A stretch of DNA of 64,000 nt, taken from Terriglobia bacterium (lineage in GTDB: Bacteria > Acidobacteriota > Terriglobia > UBA7540). A model generated the notes under the pieces. It did not search any database. It saw only the letters and a list, made by a program, of their open reading frames with translations, and was not told where the DNA came from. Positions 55,706 through 64,000 of this stretch are shown here, piece after piece (positions within the stretch are counted from its first letter, which is position 1; every line of letters begins with the position of its first letter). The position numbers were made by a program, and so were the translations under genes. The DNA is taken from NCBI GenBank assembly GCA_049508935.1, contig JBELAJ010000001.1:6002-70001 (forward strand), read 5' to 3'.

Positions 55706-55732
55706 TTAACTCCGCCATATTTTCAATATAAT
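55706..55732 (+). promoter_or_regulatory. weak candidate promoter (TTAACT-N15-TATAAT)
   Basis: TATAAT at 55727-55732 lies in an AT-richer patch of the 215-bp gap before the gene at 55833. The spacer is short. Sequence-only guess. Confidence 0.15.
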
Positions 55733-55832
55733 CGACGATTGATGGCGGCGTAGATCAATTGCTACTGACGGGAGTTGAAGGCGCAACGCGAGGTTAACAA
55801 CAAGCCCCTTCGACCGGGAGAATAATAGCCAC

Positions 55833-56591
55833 ATGAAGGCGGAGACAGTCCGGGCTGAGAAGGATTTGGAGGCCACCTACTGGTGGTTTGTAGGGCGTCG
55901 CGTCATTCTTGATCGAATCCTCCGCCGATCGGGGAAACGCGGCCGGGTGGCGGTGGACGTCGGTTGCGGAAGTGGCCGGAACATGCAGATATTGTCGCGT
56001 TACGCAGACTGGGTAATGGGAGTTGACCGTTCCCCCGCGGCCCTGGAGTTAGCCGCTTCTCACAGGTACCCACTAGCTTGTGCTGATGGCCAGGCCATCC
56101 CGTTGGCGGACTCCTCGGCGGACCTCCTTAGCTCGCTTGATGTGCTCGAGCACCTGGAGAACGACATGGTCGCATTGAAAGAGTTTCACCGGGTCTTGCG
56201 GCCAGAGGGGTTTCTGGTGGTGGCCGTGCCCGCTTATCGGTTTCTCTGGAGCGAGCATGATGAGGCTCTGATGCACCGCAGACGCTACGTCGCTTCGGAG
56301 TTGCATATCAAGCTGACATGTTCCGGCTTCCGGGTGCTGAAACGAAGCTATGCTGTTTTCTTCGCCTTTTTCCCTATTGTCTTCTACCGTTTGTTCCGCG
56401 GCGTGTTTCCTAAAGATCCCCTTGCGCCCAGGGCTTCTCATGTGATATTGCCTGAGTTTCTTAACAATCTGCTGACGGCTTTATTGAGAATCGAGGCCTG
56501 GATGATGCAGGCGATTGATTTGCCATGGGGCACCTCGATTGTAGTTCTGGCCCAGAAGGTTCAGGCGGAATCCGCACGTTCACAAGAGTGA
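55833..56591 (+). CDS. class I SAM-dependent methyltransferase
   Basis: VAVDVGCGSGRN motif I, LLSSLDVLEHL, and VLRPEGFLVV. Confidence 0.8.
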   Translation: MKAETVRAEKDLEATYWWFVGRRVILDRILRRSGKRGRVAVDVGCGSGRNMQILSRYADWVMGVDRSPAALELAASHRYPLACADGQAIPLADSSADLLSSLDVLEHLENDMVALKEFHRVLRPEGFLVVAVPAYRFLWSEHDEALMHRRRYVASELHIKLTCSGFRVLKRSYAVFFAFFPIVFYRLFRGVFPKDPLAPRASHVILPEFLNNLLTALLRIEAWMMQAIDLPWGTSIVVLAQKVQAESARSQE

Positions 56592-56675
56592 TGAACCCCG
56601 ACTACAGCATCGGGTAGAGATTGGCGCCGCGATAACCTATGCGCGTCCCCCGGCGGTCTTCAACGGTGCTCATCG

Positions 56676-57473
56676 ATGAGCTTAAGACTCTTTAGCCAGG
56701 TGAACGGTGATGGTGATCTTATCGAAGCCTGGCTGAACTATTACCTCCGGCTCGGCGTAAATCGGTTCCACCTGATTGTTCACGGACCTCCGGCGGAGAA
56801 CGAGAAGCTGCTATCCATCAAAGATTCTTATCCGATTACCATCGAGGACACTTATGACGGCCCGTTCCCCGCGCCACTAGACCCCGACAGACCGACCTAC
56901 ACCGAAAAGAAAAAGCGGTTGGATGCTTTGCTCGCTCGCCACACTGAACAGTGGGTAATGTTGGTGGACAGCGACGAGTTTGTCGAGTTCCCGTACGACG
57001 ATATTCTGGCAACCATCCATAAGCTTGAATTGGCAAAGGCCAACTTAATGGCTGCTCCCCTGCTCCAGCGGATGACTGCTGATGGATTGCTTGAAACTCC
57101 GCCCGAAATTGACGACCCTTTCGAAGCGTTTCCGCTATGTTCCCTAAACCTCTATAGAAGGATGGGTATCAGGGCTGAGATTTTTAAGTAGCCGCTTTTC
57201 TACTGCGTGAGTGGTGCCGAACTCGTAGAAGAAGGTAACCATTACCCTCCACTGGGATTCGAATCCAGGGATGCTGGAATACTTGGGGTTACCCACCACT
57301 TTAAGTTTCGCCGGACTGTTTCGCGGCGTCCCGAGAAGCGCATCAATAGCCCCCATCTCTGGCGCTTCGAATCGCTCGGGTTTCAAGATTACTTGCAGAC
57401 CCATCACAGCCCCGTGCCTTTTGAGGGGTCATTTCCCTATCGCCGGGAAGAGCTTTCAGGAGGCGATTGTTGA
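56676..57473 (+). pseudogene. disrupted N-terminal GT-A-like domain of the upstream copy of a duplicated bifunctional glycosyltransferase
   Basis: Collinear with residues 1-~265 of the 58803..60974 product. It carries an in-frame TAG at 57189-57191 where the intact copy has TTT, and a 1-nt deletion near 57455 (gagctttcagg versus gagctattcagg) that shifts the frame. Confidence 0.7.
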
Positions 57474-58792
57474 GGCAACTGCCTGTGCCGAAGCTTGGTT
57501 GTCAGGCATCGAGTGCTCAGTTACCAGTCGAGTGCCCTGGGATTACTGCACCTGCGCTCGAAAGTAAGAGGAAAGCCGCAACTCCCGGAGGAAAAAAACC
57601 CGTAACTTTACTCAAGCACGACGGCAGAAAAATAATGTTTGTACTTCCCAGGTCCATGGGACTCGGTGGCCTTGAACGACACCTACTTGAGCTACTTCGC
57701 AGGCTGCCGGAACCACTCCTGCCTCCAATAGTCATCTGCTATGATCACGACTTCATCACGGCGCGCATGGACAAAGATCAGCAGGCGCGAGTGGTCGTGA
57801 AGTGCGTGAGGGAACCGCAATCGTTGCGGGATTGGCTGCGAATCATAAGAGAAAACAACCCGCATATCATCGTTTTCGATTATAGCTGGATCGAAGCATT
57901 TCCCTGGCAAGCATCGGTGGCTTCATTGTTAGCTGGCGTTCGGAAGCGTATATCCATCCAGCACCTGATTCCGCCCCCGCTGCCACCGCCAGTCCCGGGC
58001 AAGTCGCCGCGTGACCGGCTGCGGCGTTTGATTGGCCGGCGAGCGCGGCAAGTGCTAAAGGTGAAAATCTCAGCGAGGATCTCCGGCTCTGTCTCTCATA
58101 ACACAGTTTGCGTGAGCAATGCTGTCCGAGATGCCTTGGTGAAGATTTACAGATTCCGAGCTCGAAAGACAGTCGTCATTTACAATGGTGTTTCCAGCTC
58201 GACTTTCGTCCCCTCGAAGACGAACGGGGCGGCAGTGCGGGAACGACTCGAAATAGACCCCAATGAATTTCTCCTGGTATGTTCGGCCAGGCTGGACCCA
58301 CCCAAAGGACTCGACATCCTGGTTCATGCGGTCTCTCGCGTAGTTCGCCAGGGCATACCCTGCAAGTGCATCATCATCGGTGAGGGACCGCTGAAAGCAG
58401 AGTTAATTCGGCTGGTGAATTCCCTAGGGTTATCTTTCCACGTGTTTTTTGAGGGATTTCAGCAAGATGTGCGGCCCTATCTTCAGGCTGCTTCTGCTTT
58501 CATTCTCACCTCCCATCTGGAAGGCATGCCAATTTCCGTTTTGGAAGCTATGGCCTGCGGCCTGCCATGCATTGTTACAAACGTCGGTGGCAGTGCGGAA
58601 ATCGTCGAGGACCAGGTTACCGGTCTGGTGATCCCGCCGGCATCCGTGGAAGCGGCCGCCGACGCGATCTTGTACCTCGCGACTAACCCTGACAAGCGTG
58701 ACGAGATGGCAAGCAAGACTCGCGAAACCGTGTGTGAGTCCTTCGATATCGAGAAGAAAATGGCTGAACTGATAAGCATCATAAGTCGTTGA
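57467..58792 (+). CDS. GT4 glycosyltransferase domain ORF (C-terminal half of the upstream duplicated copy; may be expressed alone from ATG 57635)
   Basis: MFVLPRSMGLGGLERHLLELL, and an intact E-x7-E in ILTSHLEGMPISVLEAMACGLPCIV. The frame differs from the N-terminal remnant. Confidence 0.6.
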   Translation: MLRQLPVPKLGCQASSAQLPVECPGITAPALESKRKAATPGGKKPVTLLKHDGRKIMFVLPRSMGLGGLERHLLELLRRLPEPLLPPIVICYDHDFITARMDKDQQARVVVKCVREPQSLRDWLRIIRENNPHIIVFDYSWIEAFPWQASVASLLAGVRKRISIQHLIPPPLPPPVPGKSPRDRLRRLIGRRARQVLKVKISARISGSVSHNTVCVSNAVRDALVKIYRFRARKTVVIYNGVSSSTFVPSKTNGAAVRERLEIDPNEFLLVCSARLDPPKGLDILVHAVSRVVRQGIPCKCIIIGEGPLKAELIRLVNSLGLSFHVFFEGFQQDVRPYLQAASAFILTSHLEGMPISVLEAMACGLPCIVTNVGGSAEIVEDQVTGLVIPPASVEAAADAILYLATNPDKRDEMASKTRETVCESFDIEKKMAELISIISR

Positions 58793-58802
58793 CGAGTTTC
58801 CA

Positions 58803-60974
58803 ATGAGCTTAAGAATCTTTAGCCAGGTAAACGGTGATAGCGACATCATCGAAGCGTGGTTGAACTACTATCTCCGCCTCGGCGTGAATTGGTTCCACCT
58901 GATCGTTCACGGGCCTCGGGCGGAGAACGAAAGGCTCCTGGCTATCAAAGATTCCTATCCGATTACCATAGAGGACGCTTACGACGGGCCGTTCCCCGCG
59001 CCGCTCAGTCCTGACAGACCCTATGAGACCGAAAAGAAGAAACGGCTGGATGCTTTGCTCGCCCGCCACACGGGACAGTGGGTACTGTTGGTGGACAGCG
59101 ACGAATTTGTCGAGTTTCCCTACCAAGACATTCCGGCGACCATTGAGAAGCTTGAATCTGCGAACGGCAATCTAATGGCTGCTCCCATGCTCCAGCGGCT
59201 GACCGCTGACGGATGGCTCGAAACTCCGCCCAAAATTGACGACCCTTTCGAAGTGTTTCCGCTGTGTTCCATGGACCTCTATAGAAGGATGGGTGTCAAA
59301 GCCGAGATATTTAAGTTTCCGCTTTTCTATTGCGTGAGCGGTACCGAATTGTTCGAAGAAGGTAACCACTACCCTCCGCTGGGATTCGAACCCAGGGACG
59401 CTGGAATACTTGGGGTTACCCACCACTTCAAGTTTCGCCGGATTTTTTCGGGGCGTCTTGAAAAGCGTATCAACAGTCCCCATCTCTGGCGCTACGAATC
59501 AGTGGGGTTTCGAGATTACTTGCAGGGTCATGCGGGCCGCGTGCCTTTTGAGGGCACCTTTCCTTATAGCCGGGAAGAGCTATTCAGGAGGCGATTGTTG
59601 AGGCAATTGCCCGTATCGAAACCTGCTGGTCAGAACTCCAAAGCCCCATTGGCAGTTGAACCCCGGACGATTCCTGCCAACGCGTTTGAAAGTACAAAGA
59701 AAGTCGCAGTTCGCCGGGACGGTAAACCCGTAGCTGCACCCAAGCCCGGCGGGAAGAGAACCATGTTCGTTCTTCCGAAGACCACGGAATTCGGCGCCCC
59801 TGAACGAAGCCTACTCGAGCTGTTGCGCAGACTTCCGGAACCACTGCTGCCTCCACTCATCGTTTGCTTTGGCCAGGACATCATCACCGCACACCTGGAT
59901 GAAAATCAGCAGGCGCAAGTGATCGTGAAATGCGTAGAGGAACCGCAGTCACTGTGGGATTGGATCCGGATCATACGAGAAAGCAAGCCGGATATCATAG
60001 TGTTCGATTATTGCCGGATCGAGGCATTTCCCTGGCAAGCTCCCATCGCTTCATTGTTAGCCGGCGTAGGGAGACGTATATCCATTCAGCGTTTGATATC
60101 GCCGCTGCCATCGCCGGTCCCAGGCAAGTCACCGCGCGACAGGCTGCGGCGTTGGATCGGGCGGCGCGCCCGGTACGTACTGAGAGCGAAGATCTCAGCG
60201 AGGCTCATTGCCCACGTCTGTAGCAAGACCGTTTGCGTGAACGAGGCGGTCCGAGATGCCCTGGCAAAGATTTATGGATTCCCCGCTCGAAAGACAGTCG
60301 TCATCTTCAACGGAGTCTCCACTTCGAACTTCACCCCCTCGCAGACCAATCGGGCGGCCGTGCGGGCACGATTGGATATAGACTGCGAGGAATTTCTTCT
60401 GGTGTGTGCGGCAACGCTTGCTGAGGCCTCAGGACTCGACATCCTGATTCGTGCGGTCGCCCGCATAGTTCACCAGGGCGTACCCTGCAAGTGCATCATC
60501 ATTGGTGATGGACCCCTCAAAGCTGAGTTGATTCGGCTGGTGAATTCCCTGGGATTAGCTTTCCACGTGTTTTTCGAAGGAAATCAGAAAGATGTGCGGC
60601 CCTATCTTCACGCCGGCTCCGCTTTCATTCTCACCTCCACGAGAAGCATGCCGATCTCCATTTTAGAAGCTATGGCCTGCGGCCTGCCGTGCATCGTTAC
60701 CAACCTCGATGGCAGTGCCGAAATCGTAGAGGATCACGTTTCCGGTCTGTTGATCCCGCCTGGGTCTGTGGAGGCGGCCGCCGACGCAATCTTGTCCCTC
60801 GCGACTAATCCTGACACGTGTGCTGGGCTGGCCGGCAAGGCCCGCGAAGCTGTGTGTAAGTCCTTTGATATCGAGCAGACAATGCCCGAACTCATACGTG
60901 TCATAACTAATTCAGCTATGCCCGAAAAACCGAGGTGCGGCCCGAGCGCTTCTCCGAAAGACGTTCGAATCTGA
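58803..60974 (+). CDS. bifunctional glycosyltransferase: N-terminal GT-A-like (GT2/GT92-like, DSDEF) domain fused to a C-terminal GT4 domain
   Basis: 723-aa uninterrupted ORF. N-domain IIEAWLNYYLRLGVNWFHLIVHG...LLVDSDEFVEF. C-domain GT-B with ILTSTRSMPISILEAMACGLPCIV, where the first Glu of E-x7-E is replaced. Confidence 0.75.
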   Translation: MSLRIFSQVNGDSDIIEAWLNYYLRLGVNWFHLIVHGPRAENERLLAIKDSYPITIEDAYDGPFPAPLSPDRPYETEKKKRLDALLARHTGQWVLLVDSDEFVEFPYQDIPATIEKLESANGNLMAAPMLQRLTADGWLETPPKIDDPFEVFPLCSMDLYRRMGVKAEIFKFPLFYCVSGTELFEEGNHYPPLGFEPRDAGILGVTHHFKFRRIFSGRLEKRINSPHLWRYESVGFRDYLQGHAGRVPFEGTFPYSREELFRRRLLRQLPVSKPAGQNSKAPLAVEPRTIPANAFESTKKVAVRRDGKPVAAPKPGGKRTMFVLPKTTEFGAPERSLLELLRRLPEPLLPPLIVCFGQDIITAHLDENQQAQVIVKCVEEPQSLWDWIRIIRESKPDIIVFDYCRIEAFPWQAPIASLLAGVGRRISIQRLISPLPSPVPGKSPRDRLRRWIGRRARYVLRAKISARLIAHVCSKTVCVNEAVRDALAKIYGFPARKTVVIFNGVSTSNFTPSQTNRAAVRARLDIDCEEFLLVCAATLAEASGLDILIRAVARIVHQGVPCKCIIIGDGPLKAELIRLVNSLGLAFHVFFEGNQKDVRPYLHAGSAFILTSTRSMPISILEAMACGLPCIVTNLDGSAEIVEDHVSGLLIPPGSVEAAADAILSLATNPDTCAGLAGKAREAVCKSFDIEQTMPELIRVITNSAMPEKPRCGPSASPKDVRI

Positions 60975-60975
60975 A

Positions 60976-62373
60976 ATGAGCGATGACACAAACATGCTAT
61001 TGATGAAGGAACGGGTGAGTTCGCCGAGCTCCGGACATGCCTCGGGAGATTCTATGCAGCAATCTCAGGCTGTCATCATTGTAGGGCCGCCTTGGCCAAG
61101 GAGCGGAACGGCGCGGCTGCTGCGTAATCAAATCAATTATTATCGCCAACGCGGATTCTTCACAACTTTCATCTCGGTTCCGTTCTCGTGGTACCTTGTT
61201 AGCCCGGATCAAGGCTCCAAAAAGACAGCCGAAGGGATGGACGAACTGGGCGCAGATCGCATGCTCTCAGCGACTCTTGAACAGAAGCGCTACAACGCAG
61301 CGAAGTATAAAACCTCGGTTCGCCATGCTTTCCGTGGTACGGTACTCGATTGGCAAGTCGCTCTGGGGAGAGCCGCTCGGCTAGGCGACGAAGATATTAA
61401 TTTTCTGGCTAAACTGCCGGTTGCCCTGTTTAATGTCAATCACGTCTTCACGCTTGGCTTCGCCCTGGATTTGCGTAAACGGCTGTTTGGCCGAAGTTGC
61501 ACTCTGCCGATCATTCTCGAGACGCACGATGTTCAGTCGTACCTTCTTCAACACAGGGGCGATCGTAATCCCTGGACGCGCCGGCCTGACCGGCTGGAGC
61601 GGCTGATCAAATCCGAGGCGGCGCTCCTCGAGAAGGCTAACGTTCTCATTCACCTTTCTGCGGACGATTTCGGGTTTTTCCAGGCATTGAGGCCTTCAAA
61701 ACCTCATTTCCTTGCCTTCCCTACGATTGAGGAGAGTTTTGCCCGCGCTGTCAGTAGCGCGAACGAGCCGGCTGAGCGCATCGATCTATTGTTTCTAGGC
61801 GCATGGCATCGTGCCAATTTTGAGGCTGTGAAGTGGTTTCTCGAAGAGGTCTGGCCGTTGATTGCCGATCGCCAATATAACTTAAAGATCGTTGGCTACA
61901 TTGAATCGGTAGTTCGACGCGATCTGCCGCGATTGTACGAGGCCTTCCGCTCCTGCTTTGTCGGTGAAGTGCCGGATTTGATTCCCTATTATCGTGCAGC
62001 GCGATGTGTCATCGCTCCCATGGTTTCGGGTACGGGCATTTCCATTAAAACGATTGAAGCCCTGGCCCTTAGCAAACCTTTCGTCGGCACATCCAAGGCG
62101 TTTCGTGGCATGCCGATGGATCGCCTGAAAGCGTCGGGAATTCAAGCCCATGACAATGCTAAGGAGTTTGCGGATGCGATCGTCCGCACCCTTTACGACG
62201 AGGAAGAGGCCCAAGCGCGCAGTCGAGCCGCTTATGATAGCGTCTTTTCTACTCAAGCCTCTTTCGCGGTGCGCGATGAGGCGCTGCGGGCTGCGACCAC
62301 TTCGCCGGAACCCATGCCGTTGTTGCGCCGGCTGACTCATCGAGCCCTGCGCATACTGAAAGAGAGCAAGTGA
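60976..62373 (+). CDS. GT-B fold glycosyltransferase (GT4-like)
   Basis: C-terminal VIAPMVSGTGISIKTIEALALSKPFVGT resembles the group-1 GT nucleotide-sugar binding region. The N-domain is divergent. Confidence 0.55.
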   Translation: MSDDTNMLLMKERVSSPSSGHASGDSMQQSQAVIIVGPPWPRSGTARLLRNQINYYRQRGFFTTFISVPFSWYLVSPDQGSKKTAEGMDELGADRMLSATLEQKRYNAAKYKTSVRHAFRGTVLDWQVALGRAARLGDEDINFLAKLPVALFNVNHVFTLGFALDLRKRLFGRSCTLPIILETHDVQSYLLQHRGDRNPWTRRPDRLERLIKSEAALLEKANVLIHLSADDFGFFQALRPSKPHFLAFPTIEESFARAVSSANEPAERIDLLFLGAWHRANFEAVKWFLEEVWPLIADRQYNLKIVGYIESVVRRDLPRLYEAFRSCFVGEVPDLIPYYRAARCVIAPMVSGTGISIKTIEALALSKPFVGTSKAFRGMPMDRLKASGIQAHDNAKEFADAIVRTLYDEEEAQARSRAAYDSVFSTQASFAVRDEALRAATTSPEPMPLLRRLTHRALRILKESK

Positions 62374-62382
62374 CGCCTTCGG

Positions 62383-63468
62383 GTGGGCGCTAGCGAGACT
62401 ATGACATTTCCCCTTGTCTCAGTGGTGATGAGTGTCTTTAACGGCGAGTGCTTCTTGCGGGAAGCTGTCGAAAGCATACTGGCCCAAAGCCTGCGCGACT
62501 TTGAGTTCATCATCATTGATGACGGTTCGACTGACCGTTCCGCATCAATGCTTGATTCATACCAGAATTCTGATGTTCGACTTAAGGTTTACCATCGGGA
62601 GCACGGGGGACTCATTGAGTCCTTGAACCGAGGCTGCGCGCTGGCCCAAGGCAAATACATTGCCCGGATGGACGCGGACGACGTGGCGATCAAAGACCGC
62701 CTGGCCTGGCAGATCGAGTTTATGGATGCCCACCCTGAGATCGGCGTGGTGGGCGGTGCCGTGGAGTGGATCGACGCGACAGGCAAGTCATTGGCGGTTC
62801 GCCGTTATCCGTCCGACGATCCACAGATCAAAGCAACTCTTCTCCAGCAAGGATGTGCGTTCTGGCATCCCACTGTGGTGCTCCGCAGGGAGGTTTTTGC
62901 CTGGGCGGGCGGATACAGGCGAGTGGTTGTTGACTCAGAGGACTACGATCTTTGGTTGAGGATTGCGGACCATTTTCAGTTGGCTAACTTGGAGAAAGTA
63001 GTACTGAAGTATAGAATTCATCCGCACCAGGTATCCATGCGCAAGACCGCACAACAGACCCTCGGCATCCTTGCGGCTCAAGTTGCTGCGTCCGCAAGGA
63101 GATCGGGACTTCCGGATCCCCTGAACTCGGTGGCGGCGATCACCAGTGAATCCCTCGCTGCTTTGGGTGTCACCCAGCCCATGCTGCGTAAAAGGTTCGC
63201 TTCCTACCGCCGGGATTGGATTCGAAACATGGTCACTGCGGGTGAATACTCCGCCGCCCTTGAGGCAGCACTCGAGATATTGCACTCGGATTTGAAGTAC
63301 GTTGATCGAGGAGTAATCGCGGACCTCCATCTTATTGTGGCAAAGCTATTGTGGGAGCAGAAGCGATTTGCGAGGAGTTTCGTTGCAATTGGTTATTCGG
63401 TGATCGCCTGGCCGGCTGTAACTGTACGCCTCGGGGAGGCAATACTTCGCCGCCTGCGGACAGCGTGA
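62383..63468 (+). CDS. glycosyltransferase family 2
   Basis: VSVVMSVFNGECFLREAVESILAQS, FIIIDDGSTDRS, and ARMDADDV. Start is GTG at 62383 or ATG at 62401. Confidence 0.85.
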   Translation: MGASETMTFPLVSVVMSVFNGECFLREAVESILAQSLRDFEFIIIDDGSTDRSASMLDSYQNSDVRLKVYHREHGGLIESLNRGCALAQGKYIARMDADDVAIKDRLAWQIEFMDAHPEIGVVGGAVEWIDATGKSLAVRRYPSDDPQIKATLLQQGCAFWHPTVVLRREVFAWAGGYRRVVVDSEDYDLWLRIADHFQLANLEKVVLKYRIHPHQVSMRKTAQQTLGILAAQVAASARRSGLPDPLNSVAAITSESLAALGVTQPMLRKRFASYRRDWIRNMVTAGEYSAALEAALEILHSDLKYVDRGVIADLHLIVAKLLWEQKRFARSFVAIGYSVIAWPAVTVRLGEAILRRLRTA

Positions 63469-63546
63469 TTTGAGGCATTTTGAGGTCGCTTCGATGTCAC
63501 CATCGATGACCGCGGCTCGGTTGAACCAGACGGCAACGGACAGGTC

Positions 63547-64000
63547 ATGAAAATCAGTGTTATTTTGTGCACTTACAATCGATCCCAGAGCCTCATCAAG
63601 GCCTTGGAGAGTGTCGCCGCTCAGATTCTTCCCGAATCCGTTGAATGGGAAGTCCTGGTGGTCGATAACAACTCGAGCGATCGGACGCGTGAGGTCGCCG
63701 AGCAATTCTGCCGCCGGCACTCCAGCCATTTTCGCTGTCTTTTTGAGCCAAAACAGGGAAAATCGTATGCGCTAAACGCTGGGGTTCGAGAATCATCAGG
63801 CGATATTCTGGCTTTCGTTGACGATGACGTGACTGTCGAACCAACCTGGTTGGAAAACCTGACGGCGCCCTTTCGCAGCGGCGGTTGCGAATGGGCAGGC
63901 TGTGGAGGGCGCATCGTTCCGACACACACCTCCAGCCTGCCTGAGTGGCTGGCGCTTGAAGGAGCTTACAGCATGCTGGGCATTGTGTGTGCCCACTTTG
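63547..64000 (+). CDS. glycosyltransferase family 2 (partial, runs off the window end; not in the supplied ORF track)
   Basis: Own translation from the ATG at 63547: MKISVILCTYNRSQSLIKALESVAAQ..VLVVDNNSSDRTREV..GKSYALNAGV..ILAFVDDDV. The frame stays open to 64000. Confidence 0.8.
   Translation, partial: MKISVILCTYNRSQSLIKALESVAAQILPESVEWEVLVVDNNSSDRTREVAEQFCRRHSSHFRCLFEPKQGKSYALNAGVRESSGDILAFVDDDVTVEPTWLENLTAPFRSGGCEWAGCGGRIVPTHTSSLPEWLALEGAYSMLGIVCAHF

Larger units (their letters stand above)
56676..60974 (+). repeat. tandem direct duplication (unit ~2.13 kb; copies 56676..58792 and 58803..60974)
   Basis: The copies are collinear at nucleotide and protein level over nearly the full length, roughly 80-85% identical by eye in the sampled stretches (not computed). 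The inter-domain linker is the most divergent part. Confidence 0.9.

Noticed and set aside
57189-57191. In-frame TAG as programmed read-through or pyrrolysine.
   Set aside because: No Pyl machinery or recoding signal is visible. The same copy also carries a frameshift 265 nt downstream, and the paralog has an ordinary TTT codon at this position. Decay (or a sequencing error) is the simpler explanation.
1-64000. CRISPR arrays, tRNA or rRNA genes, IS elements, integrases, toxin-antitoxin or phage-defence cassettes.
   Set aside because: Reading both strands, I saw no short regularly spaced direct repeats, no tRNA-like cloverleaf regions, and no transposase, recombinase, nuclease or reverse-transcriptase motifs. 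The only repeats are the gene duplications reported above.

Overview
A GC-rich 64-kb window (about mid to high 50s % by eye, not computed) holding roughly 52 tightly packed genes, all on the + strand. Many stop/start overlaps (ATGA, GTGA, TGATG) suggest translational coupling. The whole window reads as one very large surface-polysaccharide (EPS or O-antigen-like) biosynthesis locus. I found no rRNA, tRNA, CRISPR array, transposase or integrase.

Main content:
- a putative outer-membrane barrel and a priming phosphoglycosyl transferase
- a WbpB/WbpD/WbpE-like 2,3-diamino-sugar module
- rmlC/rmlD-like genes
- about 13 glycosyltransferases (GT2, GT4, one GT-A+GT4 fusion)
- an AsnB-like amidotransferase followed by a CE4 deacetylase, ACP, FkbH-like loader, VOC epimerase-like protein and FemAB-like transferase
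- Wzy-like and Wzx-like proteins, and also a Wzm/Wzt ABC exporter
- a CDP-hexose cassette (RfbF, SDR, C-methyltransferase, DUF4910-like protein, PIG-L deacetylase, class-III aminotransferase)
- a pyruvyl transferase, a GMC oxidoreductase with a small partner subunit, and a membrane-fused spermidine-synthase-like protein
- several SAM methyltransferases and acyltransferases

Most noteworthy observations:
1. The priming transferase carries an N-terminal degenerate GGDEF-like domain that keeps an RxxD I-site at canonical spacing, making it a candidate c-di-GMP receptor.
2. The ACP/FkbH/VOC/FemAB/deacetylase/AsnB block looks like a module that replaces an acyl group on a sugar amine.
3. A 2.1-kb tandem duplication of a bifunctional glycosyltransferase shows reciprocal domain decay.
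4. A recombination scar contains N-terminal fragments of a UDP-glucose dehydrogenase and an SDR.
5. A GH140-like hydrolase lies between wzm and wzt.
6. A PIG-L, class-III aminotransferase and GMC oxidase set parallels the aminoglycoside 6'-amination logic.

All homology calls were made by eye from motifs in the translations. No database search was run. A guess of an Acidobacteriota-like origin is weak.
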